DNA from: Bacteroidota bacterium
GTDB taxonomy: Bacteria; Bacteroidota; Bacteroidia; Chitinophagales; LD1
NCBI GenBank assembly: GCA_026391075.1
Contig: JAPLES010000005.1
Location: 4,533-68,532, forward strand
Length of the DNA stretch: 64,000 bases
Reading direction: 5' to 3'
Both the position numbers and the translations under genes were made by a program. Within the stretch, counting starts at the first letter, position 1, and each line of letters opens with the position of its first letter. Shown in pieces: positions 16,943-26,905 of this stretch. A model generated the notes under the pieces. The model worked only from the letters and a program-made list of their open reading frames with translations, was not told where the DNA came from and ran no database searches.

Positions 16943-19834
16943 ATGAAGAAAATTTTACTTTTTGTTTTCATTTTGTTTGCAACAGCAACCTTATTTGCGC
17001 AAACAAAATCTATTATCGGAAAAATTATTGACACCAAAACCAAAGAGCCTATGACAGGCGCTAACGTGGTGGTGAAAGGAACTAAAATTGGTGCGGTAGC
17101 CGATGTAGATGGCAAGTTTGCGTTGGAAGTGCCCGTTGATGCAAAAACATTAACCATTACGTACATTGGTTATAACGCCAAAGATGTTTCTATTGGAAAT
17201 TCTACCAGCTTTAGCGTTTCAATGGAAGCTGCTGAAACTCTTAGTGGTGAAGTGGTGGTCACTTCCTCACGGGTGGCAGAATCGATTAAGCAAGCACCTC
17301 TGCAAATTGAAAAAATGACTTCGCGCGAAATCAAGAGCGCGGCATCGGGTGATTTTTATCAGAGCATTGGAAACTATAAAGGCATTGACATTATCACTAC
17401 CTCTTCGGGTTTCAAAGTAATTAACCTACGCGGTTTTGGAGATACGCGTTCACTAAGAACCAAACAATTTATTGATGGCATTGATAACGAAGCACCGGGT
17501 TTAAATTTTCAGATTGGAAACATGGTGGGAGCAAATGACTTGGATTTGGAGAGTGTAGAAATTATTTCGGGAGCAGCATCTTCTCTTTACGGAGCTAACG
17601 CCATGCAAGGTGTAATATCCATGCGCAGTAAAAATCCTTATGACTTTCAAGGTTTCTCAGCACAAATAAAAGGAGGGGGAACTTTAGCTCCTGCGCCTTA
17701 TGTAGATGCTCAGTTTCGTTACGCGCAAGCCTTTGGAAAAAGCCAACGTTTTGCTATCAAACTTACAGGTGAATACACGCAAACAAAAGATTGGGTTGCC
17801 GATGATGATTCGTTCAATCGCTATGGAAATATTAATGCCGATGTGAATGTGATTGGCGCGTTGCGCAAAAAGGTTTACTTACCCTATTGCCCTACTTGCC
17901 CCATCACAAATGAACAACACGATAAGTATGTAAAGTTGAATGGGTTTTTGGATTTTAATCCTACTGCTAACAATTTGGATTCAACGGTGCAGGGTGGTTA
18001 TGTTCATTTTCATGCACCTGGTTATATGGAAAAAGATTTAGCTGATTATAACGCGAAGAACGCGAAAATTTCAGCAGAGCTACATTACCGTTTCAAAAAC
18101 GATATTGAATTGATTGGTTCTTATAAGTTCGGTTATGGCACTGCAGTTTATCAAGCCACTGCTCGTTACCAAATTAAGGAGTTCACTTTTCACCAACCGA
18201 AAATTGAAATTAAAGGCAAAAACTTTTTTGTGCGTGCTTACGGGGCTATTGAAGATGCCGGTAAATCGTACAACATTGGTTTAACAGGGGCTTATATATC
18301 TCGCTCCGCTTTGCGCGATTCGGTTGCAGCTAAATATTCAAGCGTTTACTTCACCACTTTAGATTCAATTGTTGGTGGGTTTAGTAATTGCACCGATTGT
18401 TTTGAGAACAGGCCTAACGACCCGCGTATTGTTTATGCCCGACAGGTAGCCCGTGATGAATCGGAAAAAGAGTGGTATTCGGTAGGCTCGCAACTTTTTA
18501 AAGATTCGTTTAACCGTTACATTGCTGAAACAAACTCACTGGAAGGAACTAAGTTTTACGACAAGTCAATGATGTGGCATGTAGAAGGACAATATGATTG
18601 GGATTTTGTAAAATGGTTAGACATTATTACAGGAGCGTCTTACCGTATTTATATGCCTAACTCGCGCGGAACTATTTTTGAAGACACGGCCGGCAAAGTT
18701 TTACGCGTGCATGAAGTAGGTGCCTATTTACAAATGACCAAAAGATTGTTTAACGACAACTTTAAAATTATGGCTTCTATCCGAGTAGACAAGAACTCAA
18801 ATTTTAAGGCGCAGGTGTCTCCTCGTGGTTCATTAGTTTATACAGTTAAAGCAAAAAACAGCGATCATACTTTCCGCGCTTCGGTTACTTCGGCTTTCAG
18901 AACCCCAACTTTACAAGATCAATACTTGTATCTCAACATCGGTCGTTTATTCCTAGTAGGAAACTCCACCGGATATACCAACCTTTTTACGCGTGAATCA
19001 ACTCTTGAATATTACAGAACACCGGGCGATGCAGATGCAAAAAGTAAACTTGACCTCTTAAAACCAACCACACTCGCACCGCTTAAACCAGAGCAGGTAT
19101 TCTCCGTTGAGTTTGGTTATAGAACTGAAATTAAAAAGCGAGTTTATATTGATGTTTCGGCTTACTGGAGCCGGTATAGCAATTTTATAGGATTTCAACG
19201 GGTAGTTAAGACCCGTGCCGGTGATGCCAATGCCGACCGTACTTCTCAGGCATTTGAAGATGCAGTGAATTGCATTATCGTAAGTGATTCAACTAACTCT
19301 AAAGAGTTTGGTCCAGATCAAAAATATTATACTGTTTATCAAATGTGGGTGAATGCAACTACTAAAGTTCCATCGTGGGGCGCGGCTATAAGCATTGCTT
19401 ATTATGTAGGAAAAGGAATTACACCTTACGTTAATTATACCTACACCGACTTGGATGAAGCCAATCTAAAAAACAACGGAAGCACAGTACTTTCGGGTTT
19501 CAATACGCCTAAACACAAATTCAATATTGGTGTAAATGCGAACAAGGTAGTAGGTGGACTTGGGTTTAGTGCAAACTTTAAATGGGTTACCTCTTATAAC
19601 TGGCAAAGTCCTTTTGCCGATGGCAAAGTTCCTAGTTTCCATACGCTCGACTTCCAAATTTTCTACGACATAGAAAAAGCATATTCAACCATTCGTTTTG
19701 GTGCATCTAATATTTATAACAACCGCCACATTGAAGCGGTGGGTTCACCAAAAATTGGAGCCTTATACTATGCCGGTTGGACTTTCGATTTCAACAAGTT
19801 TAAAAAACCGGGAACTACTGCTTCGGCACAATAA
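16943..19834 (+). CDS. TonB-dependent outer-membrane receptor with an N-terminal carboxypeptidase-regulatory-like domain
   Basis: Signal peptide ..ATLFAQ, a CarbopepD_reg-like segment GKIIDTKTKEPMTGANVVVKGTKIGAVADVDGKFAL, the plug motif IEIISGAASSLYGANAMQGVIS, and a long beta-barrel. Length 963 aa. No adjacent SusD-like gene. Confidence 0.85.
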   Translation: MKKILLFVFILFATATLFAQTKSIIGKIIDTKTKEPMTGANVVVKGTKIGAVADVDGKFALEVPVDAKTLTITYIGYNAKDVSIGNSTSFSVSMEAAETLSGEVVVTSSRVAESIKQAPLQIEKMTSREIKSAASGDFYQSIGNYKGIDIITTSSGFKVINLRGFGDTRSLRTKQFIDGIDNEAPGLNFQIGNMVGANDLDLESVEIISGAASSLYGANAMQGVISMRSKNPYDFQGFSAQIKGGGTLAPAPYVDAQFRYAQAFGKSQRFAIKLTGEYTQTKDWVADDDSFNRYGNINADVNVIGALRKKVYLPYCPTCPITNEQHDKYVKLNGFLDFNPTANNLDSTVQGGYVHFHAPGYMEKDLADYNAKNAKISAELHYRFKNDIELIGSYKFGYGTAVYQATARYQIKEFTFHQPKIEIKGKNFFVRAYGAIEDAGKSYNIGLTGAYISRSALRDSVAAKYSSVYFTTLDSIVGGFSNCTDCFENRPNDPRIVYARQVARDESEKEWYSVGSQLFKDSFNRYIAETNSLEGTKFYDKSMMWHVEGQYDWDFVKWLDIITGASYRIYMPNSRGTIFEDTAGKVLRVHEVGAYLQMTKRLFNDNFKIMASIRVDKNSNFKAQVSPRGSLVYTVKAKNSDHTFRASVTSAFRTPTLQDQYLYLNIGRLFLVGNSTGYTNLFTRESTLEYYRTPGDADAKSKLDLLKPTTLAPLKPEQVFSVEFGYRTEIKKRVYIDVSAYWSRYSNFIGFQRVVKTRAGDANADRTSQAFEDAVNCIIVSDSTNSKEFGPDQKYYTVYQMWVNATTKVPSWGAAISIAYYVGKGITPYVNYTYTDLDEANLKNNGSTVLSGFNTPKHKFNIGVNANKVVGGLGFSANFKWVTSYNWQSPFADGKVPSFHTLDFQIFYDIEKAYSTIRFGASNIYNNRHIEAVGSPKIGALYYAGWTFDFNKFKKPGTTASAQ

Positions 19835-19856
19835 AATTATTTAGAAAAGTTTTTAC

Positions 19857-19897
19857 AAATGCCATCTCGCTAAAAAAGCAGATGGCATTTGTTTTTG
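19857..19897 (+). terminator. Rho-independent terminator after the TonB-dependent receptor gene
   Basis: AAATGCCATCT (19857-19867) pairs with AGATGGCATTT (19880-19890) around a 12-nt loop, followed by GTTTTTG. Confidence 0.7.
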
Positions 19898-20010
19898 TAG
19901 CCAATATTCGTACTACTGAAGATTAATGTTTTGATGAAGCAGAAAGGCTTTCGATGGCAATTACATTGCCGTCAATTGTATAAACAAAAAAATATGCCTA
20001 TCCACATTCA

Positions 20011-20151
20011 TACCTAAAACCTAAAATTAGGTTGTCATGTTGAACGAAGGCTTTGCGAAGTGAAACATCTTGTATTTTTCGTCCTAGAAATACAAGATTC
20101 CTCTCTACGGAAACCTTCGTTCGGAATGACAGTCGCTCTTTAGTTTAGGTA
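20011..20151. repeat. MITE/REP-like composite palindromic element between convergent genes
   Basis: Long imperfect palindrome at 20033-20131. TGTCAT pairs with ATGACA, GAACGAAGG with CCTTCGTTC, and ATCTTGTATTT with AAATACAAGAT, around the loop TTCGTCCTAG. It is flanked by the near-inverted TACCTAAAAC (20011-20020) and GTTTAGGTA (20143-20151). Confidence 0.6.
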
Positions 20152-20217
20152 AACAATCGGATTATCATTCAAAAAAAGAATAGTGTAATTGATTAGTGCG
20201 AAGTCAATCTAGTTTTG

Positions 20218-22605
20218 CTACTCTACAATTAATTTTTTGCGAAGCACTTGTGTTCCTTTCTCCAAACTTACGATATAAATTCCGCTACTGATAAGCGGCA
20301 ATTCAATTTCAAATTTTAAAGTTGTAGTTTGTTGTTTAGCAACCAACCTTCCGGTAGCATCAATAATTTTTATTTCACCGCCCAACCAATCTTTCTCTAC
20401 TAAAAACTGTAACCGCTTAGTTGAATTTGGATTTGGGAAAATGCGGAACCCGTTTTCATTAGCAATTTTGTTCAATGCGTTATAGATAAAACTGAATGCT
20501 GCTGATTGCGTTGAACATCCATACTGATTCGTTATGCTTACAGTATAATTTCCGCTGGCTACAGGTGTGTAGTCAGCACTGTTAGCTCCACTTATCAAAG
20601 CACCACTATCATACCATTGATAAGTAGCAGCACCCGCACTATTTGCCGATAGAACAGAGCCTTGTTGAGTAATGGTTATTTGCGGAGTGTCAACATAAAT
20701 TACGTTGAATGAAAGCGTTGAAGTAGAACCACATTCATTACTTGCATAAACCGAAACAGCACCACTGGTCATATAGCTGTTTACACTAAGCACCGAACTT
20801 CCTTGACCTGCAATAATATTCCAAGGATTGCTCGCTGACCAAACAATACTATCAGCATTATCTGCCGATGAAAGCGAAAAGTTTAAGGCATCATAGCTAT
20901 TTAAACAAACGGTGTCTATTCCATAAAGAATTCCTAAAGTTGGAATGGTTTGAACGGTCACATTGATGGTAGAAGGAACGCTTTGTCCGCAATTATTTAC
21001 CGCACTAACGCTTACGATTCCGCTGCTATTACCTACCGTGTAATCAATACTTGTGCTAGGGTTTAGTGTTACAACACTCCATCCATTTGGAGCTGACCAA
21101 CTGTATGTACTCGCACCACTTACCGGTGTAATAGAAAACGAACCCGAAGTTCCTGCACATAAATCAACCGCTCCGCTTATTGTTCCGGGTGTTCCAAGGT
21201 TAGAAGGAACAACAGTAATGGTTGCTGTAGTTGGCGATGAAGTACCGCAACTGTTCTGTGCGGTTACAGAAATGGTTCCACCATTTGCTCCCGAAGTCGC
21301 GGTAATTGAGTTTGTGTTACTGCCCGCTGTAATATTCCAACCGTTTGGCAAATTCCAATTATAAGTAGCACCCGCATCGTTGGTTACAGAAATGCTAAGA
21401 TTTGAAATATTTGAGCAAACGGTATCGGCAGAAGTAATTGCCGATGGAGTAGCTGGTGAAAAATTTTGAGTTACAGAAACCGAAACAGATGCGAGCGAAC
21501 AAACTCCATTTCCTACTACTACTGAATAATTTCCTGCAGCATTTACCGAAACTGTGTTAGCTGTGGAATTGTTGCTCCATAAATATTGAAAGCCTGTAGG
21601 GTTAGCTGTAAGTGTTGTGCTATTGCTGTTGCAAAAAAACGTGTTGCCCGAAATACTTGCATTAGCAGGAACGGTGTTGGTGCAAATTTGTTGAACTGTA
21701 GAAATGGTGGCCGTATCAATAAGGTTTTGAAATTTAGTCCAAGCTTCACAAACTCCTTTCAAATAGTAATCGAGATATGGATTGAGATACAGGCGTACTC
21801 TGCGTTGTTGTTCTGTACTTGATAAACCACCAGCAGTAATACAAGTGCCCTCACCAAAACCGCAATTAAAATTATTGTCAGCAAAGGCGCAATGATAACC
21901 CTTGATGAGATTGATATGAACCTTACAAGCCGAAGCAAGTGAGTCATACATTAACTGCTGATTCGCTGCATTTGGCGCAACGCAATCAAGCGTTCCCGAA
22001 AAAACTAAATGTGGTTTTGTAATTGCTTTGGCTGCAATAGATGCTTTAGGATTTGTTTCGGCAGCAGCAAAAGTGAAATAACAAGTGGGTGAAGTGGTGT
22101 ATTGATCAGTCAAAAAAGTTGAACCACCACCCATGCTATGCCCCCCAATAGCTAAACGCCCGGTAGTGCTTCCTGCAAAAGGTGAAGTACCTGCAAGAAT
22201 GAGGTCGGCAACCTTGGCTAAATCTTTTCCAAAATCAAGATGGCTTGGTGCAGGAATTATTCCTGATTCGGTCCTGGGAAAGCAAATAATATATCCGCTG
22301 TTCACTAGCGAATCCCACAAAGTTGTGTAAGCATCCCATGTCATACTGAAACCGTGGCCGAAAACAATTACGGGGAAATTTCCCGCAGCCACAGGAGTGT
22401 TGTTACCCGCAGAAGTTGCCGGATAATAAATTTCAGTTCCTATATCGCGCCCTGTTCCGCCAACAGGATTTATGGTTCCGCCACCAATGGCAAAACCACC
22501 CGTGCGCGATGCATCTTTAAAATTGATTGACTTGTGCCCGATTGGATATTGAGCAAAAGAAGCGAGAGAAAAACAAATGAGAAGAAGGGTGGAAAATTTT
22601 TTCAT
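20218..22605 (-). CDS. Secreted cutinase/PETase-like (dienelactone-hydrolase-fold) serine esterase with PKD-like Ig repeats and a T9SS type A C-terminal sorting domain
   Basis: Signal peptide ..SLASFAQ. The hydrolase core aligns by eye to cutinase/PET hydrolases: YYPATS, PVIVFGHGF, nucleophile elbow GGHSMGGG (Ser157, codon 22135-22137), Asp207 in GTLDCVAP, and His238 in KGYHCAF. About 5 PKD-like repeats follow (..VCSN..SISVTNDAGATYNWNLPNGWNITAGSNTNSITAT..ISVTAQNSCGTS..). The C-terminus FRIFPNPNSTKRLQF..IIDATGRLV..SGIYIVSL..KKLIVE fits a type A sorting domain. Confidence 0.8.
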   Translation of the reverse strand: MKKFSTLLLICFSLASFAQYPIGHKSINFKDASRTGGFAIGGGTINPVGGTGRDIGTEIYYPATSAGNNTPVAAGNFPVIVFGHGFSMTWDAYTTLWDSLVNSGYIICFPRTESGIIPAPSHLDFGKDLAKVADLILAGTSPFAGSTTGRLAIGGHSMGGGSTFLTDQYTTSPTCYFTFAAAETNPKASIAAKAITKPHLVFSGTLDCVAPNAANQQLMYDSLASACKVHINLIKGYHCAFADNNFNCGFGEGTCITAGGLSSTEQQRRVRLYLNPYLDYYLKGVCEAWTKFQNLIDTATISTVQQICTNTVPANASISGNTFFCNSNSTTLTANPTGFQYLWSNNSTANTVSVNAAGNYSVVVGNGVCSLASVSVSVTQNFSPATPSAITSADTVCSNISNLSISVTNDAGATYNWNLPNGWNITAGSNTNSITATSGANGGTISVTAQNSCGTSSPTTATITVVPSNLGTPGTISGAVDLCAGTSGSFSITPVSGASTYSWSAPNGWSVVTLNPSTSIDYTVGNSSGIVSVSAVNNCGQSVPSTINVTVQTIPTLGILYGIDTVCLNSYDALNFSLSSADNADSIVWSASNPWNIIAGQGSSVLSVNSYMTSGAVSVYASNECGSTSTLSFNVIYVDTPQITITQQGSVLSANSAGAATYQWYDSGALISGANSADYTPVASGNYTVSITNQYGCSTQSAAFSFIYNALNKIANENGFRIFPNPNSTKRLQFLVEKDWLGGEIKIIDATGRLVAKQQTTTLKFEIELPLISSGIYIVSLEKGTQVLRKKLIVE

Positions 22606-22636
22606 GAAATTTTGTTACTGTGTAAATCTAATCGTA

Positions 22637-23293
22637 TCAATTAAAAAATGCCCCCTGCTGCAAAAAAGGATTGGTTCTTCTTTCTACTCCTATAAATGTG
22701 TCATCCCCGTGACCGCAAAAAACTTTGACATCATCGGGCATGGTCATTAGTTTTTGCATAATTGAATTTAGCAGCACTTCGCCACTTGCTCCGGGTAAAT
22801 CGAAGCGTCCAACACTTCCCTGAAACAAAACATCCCCGCATACCACAATTCTTTCTGCTTCATTATAAAAAGACAAACTGCCTGGCGAATGCCCCGGAGT
22901 GAAAAGAGTTTTCAAAACCGTTTTGCCGAAATTTATTTCATCGCCTTCTTTCAACCAATGTTTTGGTTTTGGCGATGGCTCAACGCTAAAGTTAAAGAAG
23001 CTTTGAAAATCGAGCGCTTGATTCATCACCTTCCATTCTATTTCATGAAACTCGGGTAGCAGATTATATTTTTCGCAGAGAAACTTATTGCCGCCAAAAT
23101 GGTCGATGTGGCAATGTGTGTTCAGCAATTTCACTGGCTTTAGATGGTTTGATTCAATCGTTTGCACTAATTGATTTTGTTCAGATTCATTTGAACAACC
23201 TGCATCAATAATTACACATTCGTTGGATTCATCGGCCAGCATAAAAGTATTTTCCTGAAACGCATTAAAAGTGTGTTTGAATATCCGCAGCAT
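22637..23293 (-). CDS. MBL-fold metallo-hydrolase (glyoxalase II-like)
   Basis: NTHCHIDHFGG (HxHxDH), TPGHSPGS, and CGHGD near the C-terminus. Length 218 aa. Confidence 0.8.
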   Translation of the reverse strand: MLRIFKHTFNAFQENTFMLADESNECVIIDAGCSNESEQNQLVQTIESNHLKPVKLLNTHCHIDHFGGNKFLCEKYNLLPEFHEIEWKVMNQALDFQSFFNFSVEPSPKPKHWLKEGDEINFGKTVLKTLFTPGHSPGSLSFYNEAERIVVCGDVLFQGSVGRFDLPGASGEVLLNSIMQKLMTMPDDVKVFCGHGDDTFIGVERRTNPFLQQGAFFN

Positions 23294-23330
23294 TATTTAT
23301 TTTTTAAGTTTGAAGGCGTGAATATAAAAC

Positions 23331-23365
23331 AGACGACAGATGTTAGACGTTAGATAGAAGATAAA
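23331..23365. repeat. Heptad array, AGAY flavour (5 units), in the 5' leader of the 1168-aa OMP gene
   Basis: The + strand reads AGACGAC AGATGTT AGACGTT AGATAGA AGATAAA. Positions 23337-23364 are complementary to 23464-23491. Confidence 0.85.
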
Positions 23366-23396
23366 TGCAAAAACAAAACCTTCCGCTTGGCTTTTA

Positions 23397-26300
23397 ATGA
23401 TTTATTTCAAGAACAAAATATTTCTCTTTAATACTTTCAATTCCCGTTTCTGGTTGTTGTCTATTGTCTATTGTCTATCGTCTACCATCTGCTCAGCTCA
23501 GGGCAACGAAAAATTTGGACAAAATCGCGTTCAGTATAAAGACTTCAGTTTTCAGTATTACGAGAGCGACAACTTCATAACTTACTTTTACATGGGCGGG
23601 CAGGACATTGCCAAGTATGTTATCAAATCTGCTGAAGACAATGCCGATGAAATTTCCAAGCTTCTTGATTTTCATTACAAGCGCAAAATTGACATCATTG
23701 TTTATAACAACATCAACGAACTCAATCAAACCAATATTGGTATTTACGACCAAGGGCAAAACCCGGGCGGCACCATAAAAATCCCCGACAGTAAATTGTT
23801 TGTTTACTTCAATGGCGACCATCGCCATCTCGACAAACAAATTCGCGAAGGCATTGCAAAAATTTATGTCAGCAAAATGATATTGGGAAGTTCTGTAGGC
23901 GAAGTTTTATCCAACGCGGTTTTGCTCAACCTGCCCGACTGGTATAAAGTAGGTTTGGTAAAATACATTGGCGAACCTTGGAACAGCGATATGGAAGACC
24001 GCCTTCGCGATGGTATCATGAGTGGCCGATTTACGCGTTTGCGCAAACTTGAAACCGATGAATCTATTTTTGTGGGGCATTCCATTTGGCATTACCTAGA
24101 AGAGGTGCACGGCAAAAGCGCGGTGAGCAATATTCTTTATCTCACACGAGTAAACCGAAGTGTTGACAACGGATTTATGTTTGTGTTGGGCACCAATCTT
24201 TCAGAAACGTTGCAACAGTGGTATGAATATTATCTCAATCGTTTTAGCAGCGAAGCCAAACTAACCTCTATGCCCGATGACAGTTCGTTATTAAAGGCAA
24301 AAATCAAAAAGAACATTGATTACTACCAAACCAAACTAAGTGCCGATGGCAAATTTGTGGCATATGCGAGCAATGATATGGGTAGATATAAAGTTCATCT
24401 ACTGAATACGGAAACGCAAAAGAGCATCGTGATTTTTAGAGGAGGATGGAGAACCAATACCATTTTTACCGACCAATCAATCCCTTTGCTCGCTTGGGAA
24501 CCTTCGGGTAAAAAACTGGCGATTATCAGTGATAAACGTTCCAATATTTTCATTCGGTTCTATGATACCGAAACAAAAAAAATGGAGAAAAACCCCGTGC
24601 GCAAATTTCAAAAAGTGGTGAGCTTTAGTTATGTAGATTCAAAACAATTGGTGATGAGCGCCATTCAAAACGGGCAAACCGATATTTATCTTTACAACGT
24701 TGCATCAACCACTACCCGAAAACTGACAGACGATTATTTTGATGATTTGTATCCAGCCTATATTGAAGCGGACAGTGTGCGCGGAATTATGTTTGCCAGC
24801 AATCGTGAAGATGATACACTACGACCATTGCGTTACGAATCGCAACGGGTCAACAATCGTCAACTCGATTTATTTTTTTATGATTTAAATGCCAGTCAGA
24901 ATTTTCTGTATCGCGTTACTTCTACTCCATTTGCTGATGAATCCTTTCCGCAAAATTTTAGTGAAAAAGAATTTTGTTTTTTAAGCGAAGAGAACGGAGT
25001 GCGCAATAGGCACATTGGTCATTTTGAAACTGTGTTTGATCACAATGAAAAAAATATTCGTTTCGTTTCGAAAGAAACCGGAGAGCTTGATTCTGTTCAG
25101 GTGCCGGCAAATATTTCTGCTACCAGCATGCTTGATCCTGCAAACGATCAACTGAAAGATACTTCCATTGCTAAGGTTTATAAACTGGGTGGTGCTACCG
25201 CGGCTTATACGAACTATACGCACAACATACGCGAGCAAACAATAATTTCGCAAAAAAATCTTGCGCTTGATGTTTTTAAAATCAAAAACAAAATTCAATT
25301 GCGCAAATACAATTTGCAATCAACTGGTACTACCAGCGAACCTGTTTTTGATTACATGATACAGTTGCAGAAAAAAGAAATTGAAGCTACCAAAGCCCAA
25401 GAAAAAAAAGAAGAACCTGCTGTAAAATCCTTTGTAGAAAAATACGATTCGCTAAAAGTGAATCGAGGTAATCGTCAGTTCGATTTTCAAAGCGAATTTG
25501 ATTACGGCATAAAACTTTTCGATTGGGATTCGGCTTCTGCGTTGAAATTAAAAAGCACTAACGAAGGTTATGTGTTTCGCTTTTCGCGCGTGCGCCCATA
25601 CTTTATTCGCTTTATGGTTGACAAAGTAATTGCTCAAGTAGATAACAGCATTATGGTTACGCGCTATCAGCCATTTGACCCTTACAATCCGCAGTTCAAT
25701 ACACAACCGGTGAGTTTTATGTTCAAGTTTGGCATTACTGATTTGCTCGAAAACCATAAACTATATGGCGGATTTGCTTTGCCATTTAGCGGCATCAATA
25801 GCAATTCGCAATATTTTATAACCTACGAAAATTTGACGAAGCGGCTCGATACTAAATTCACCTTCTTCAGAAAATCGTATGGCAGCACGGCTACGGGCAG
25901 GCTTCCGTTTACGAATACGATTTTACCTGCAGATTATTCTTTGCCGTATAGCATTAAGACAAACTATGCCGAGTTGCAATTCAATTATGCGCTCGATGTG
26001 TTGAGCAGTTTACGTTTTAGTTTTTCGTTTAGAAACGACAAAGTAGTTTACAAATCAATCGATACCTTTTCATTACATCTGCCTAGCATTTCTGATAACT
26101 GGTTGTTCTTTCGGGCTGAATATGTTTTCGACAATTGCATGGAAGTGGCTACCAACATTCGCTATGGAACGCGCTTCAAAGTTTTTGGCGAAGTGCATAA
26201 AGAATTTCCTACCAAAAACAAAAATGTTTCAGACCGATTTGATTTTCCGGTGGTACAGTTCAACAATAAAGTGCTGGGTGTGTTTGGATTTGATTTGCGC

Positions 26301-26903
26301 CACTACCAAAAAGTTTACAAACAAATTATTTGGGCAAGTCGTTTAGCGGCTGGTGTTTCCTTCGGCAATGCAAAAATGATTTACTACTTGGGTGGAATTG
26401 ACAACTGGATTACCGGGCCGGGTTTCGATAAGTTTGACCGAACCACACCCATTAATCTCAATAACAATTACGCGTTTCAAACGCTCGCTACTCCGCTGCG
26501 TGGCTTTAAACAGAATGCCCGTAATGGCGATAAGTTCATTGTGTTTAATACCGAATTGCGCATTCCCATTTTTGCCGCACTCATTCGCGCACCCATACGA
26601 TCCGAGTTGATTCGAAATTTTCAAATCCTCGCCTTCTTTGATGCAGGCACTGCATGGGAAGGTGCTTCGCCTTGGTCGGGCAGCAATCCGCTTTACAACG
26701 AATCGGTGCCCAATGTTCCCAATAATCCTTCGGTTATTGTACACGTTCAAAAATACAAAACACCAATAGCCATGGGCTTTGGCCCGGGCTTGCGCACTTC
26801 TATTCTTGGTTATTTTATTCGCTTCGATACTGCATGGGGTTACGACACAGGAGAAGTGAGTGAGAAGCCAAAATATTATTTTTCGTTTGGTTTAGACTTT
26901 TAA
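23397..26903 (+). CDS. Large outer-membrane protein with N-terminal TolB-like (PD40/WD40-like) beta-propeller repeats and a C-terminal Omp85/surface-antigen-type beta-barrel
   Basis: Signal peptide ..[18 protein letters not shown]40-like repeats are [23 protein letters not shown] and [24 protein letters not shown]. The C-terminal region has [37 protein letters not shown] and the terminal beta-signal ..YYFSFGLDF. The stop lies 2 nt before the lptB ATG. Confidence 0.65.
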   Translation: MIYFKNKIFLFNTFNSRFWLLSIVYCLSSTICSAQGNEKFGQNRVQYKDFSFQYYESDNFITYFYMGGQDIAKYVIKSAEDNADEISKLLDFHYKRKIDIIVYNNINELNQTNIGIYDQGQNPGGTIKIPDSKLFVYFNGDHRHLDKQIREGIAKIYVSKMILGSSVGEVLSNAVLLNLPDWYKVGLVKYIGEPWNSDMEDRLRDGIMSGRFTRLRKLETDESIFVGHSIWHYLEEVHGKSAVSNILYLTRVNRSVDNGFMFVLGTNLSETLQQWYEYYLNRFSSEAKLTSMPDDSSLLKAKIKKNIDYYQTKLSADGKFVAYASNDMGRYKVHLLNTETQKSIVIFRGGWRTNTIFTDQSIPLLAWEPSGKKLAIISDKRSNIFIRFYDTETKKMEKNPVRKFQKVVSFSYVDSKQLVMSAIQNGQTDIYLYNVASTTTRKLTDDYFDDLYPAYIEADSVRGIMFASNREDDTLRPLRYESQRVNNRQLDLFFYDLNASQNFLYRVTSTPFADESFPQNFSEKEFCFLSEENGVRNRHIGHFETVFDHNEKNIRFVSKETGELDSVQVPANISATSMLDPANDQLKDTSIAKVYKLGGATAAYTNYTHNIREQTIISQKNLALDVFKIKNKIQLRKYNLQSTGTTSEPVFDYMIQLQKKEIEATKAQEKKEEPAVKSFVEKYDSLKVNRGNRQFDFQSEFDYGIKLFDWDSASALKLKSTNEGYVFRFSRVRPYFIRFMVDKVIAQVDNSIMVTRYQPFDPYNPQFNTQPVSFMFKFGITDLLENHKLYGGFALPFSGINSNSQYFITYENLTKRLDTKFTFFRKSYGSTATGRLPFTNTILPADYSLPYSIKTNYAELQFNYALDVLSSLRFSFSFRNDKVVYKSIDTFSLHLPSISDNWLFFRAEYVFDNCMEVATNIRYGTRFKVFGEVHKEFPTKNKNVSDRFDFPVVQFNNKVLGVFGFDLRHYQKVYKQIIWASRLAAGVSFGNAKMIYYLGGIDNWITGPGFDKFDRTTPINLNNNYAFQTLATPLRGFKQNARNGDKFIVFNTELRIPIFAALIRAPIRSELIRNFQILAFFDAGTAWEGASPWSGSNPLYNESVPNVPNNPSVIVHVQKYKTPIAMGFGPGLRTSILGYFIRFDTAWGYDTGEVSEKPKYYFSFGLDF
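23456..23490. repeat. Heptad array, GTCT flavour (5 units), encoding the signal-peptide core of the 1168-aa protein
   Basis: The + strand reads GTTGTCT ATTGTCT ATTGTCT ATCGTCT ACCATCT, which translates as [12 protein letters not shown]. Confidence 0.9.
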
Positions 26904-26905
26904 TT

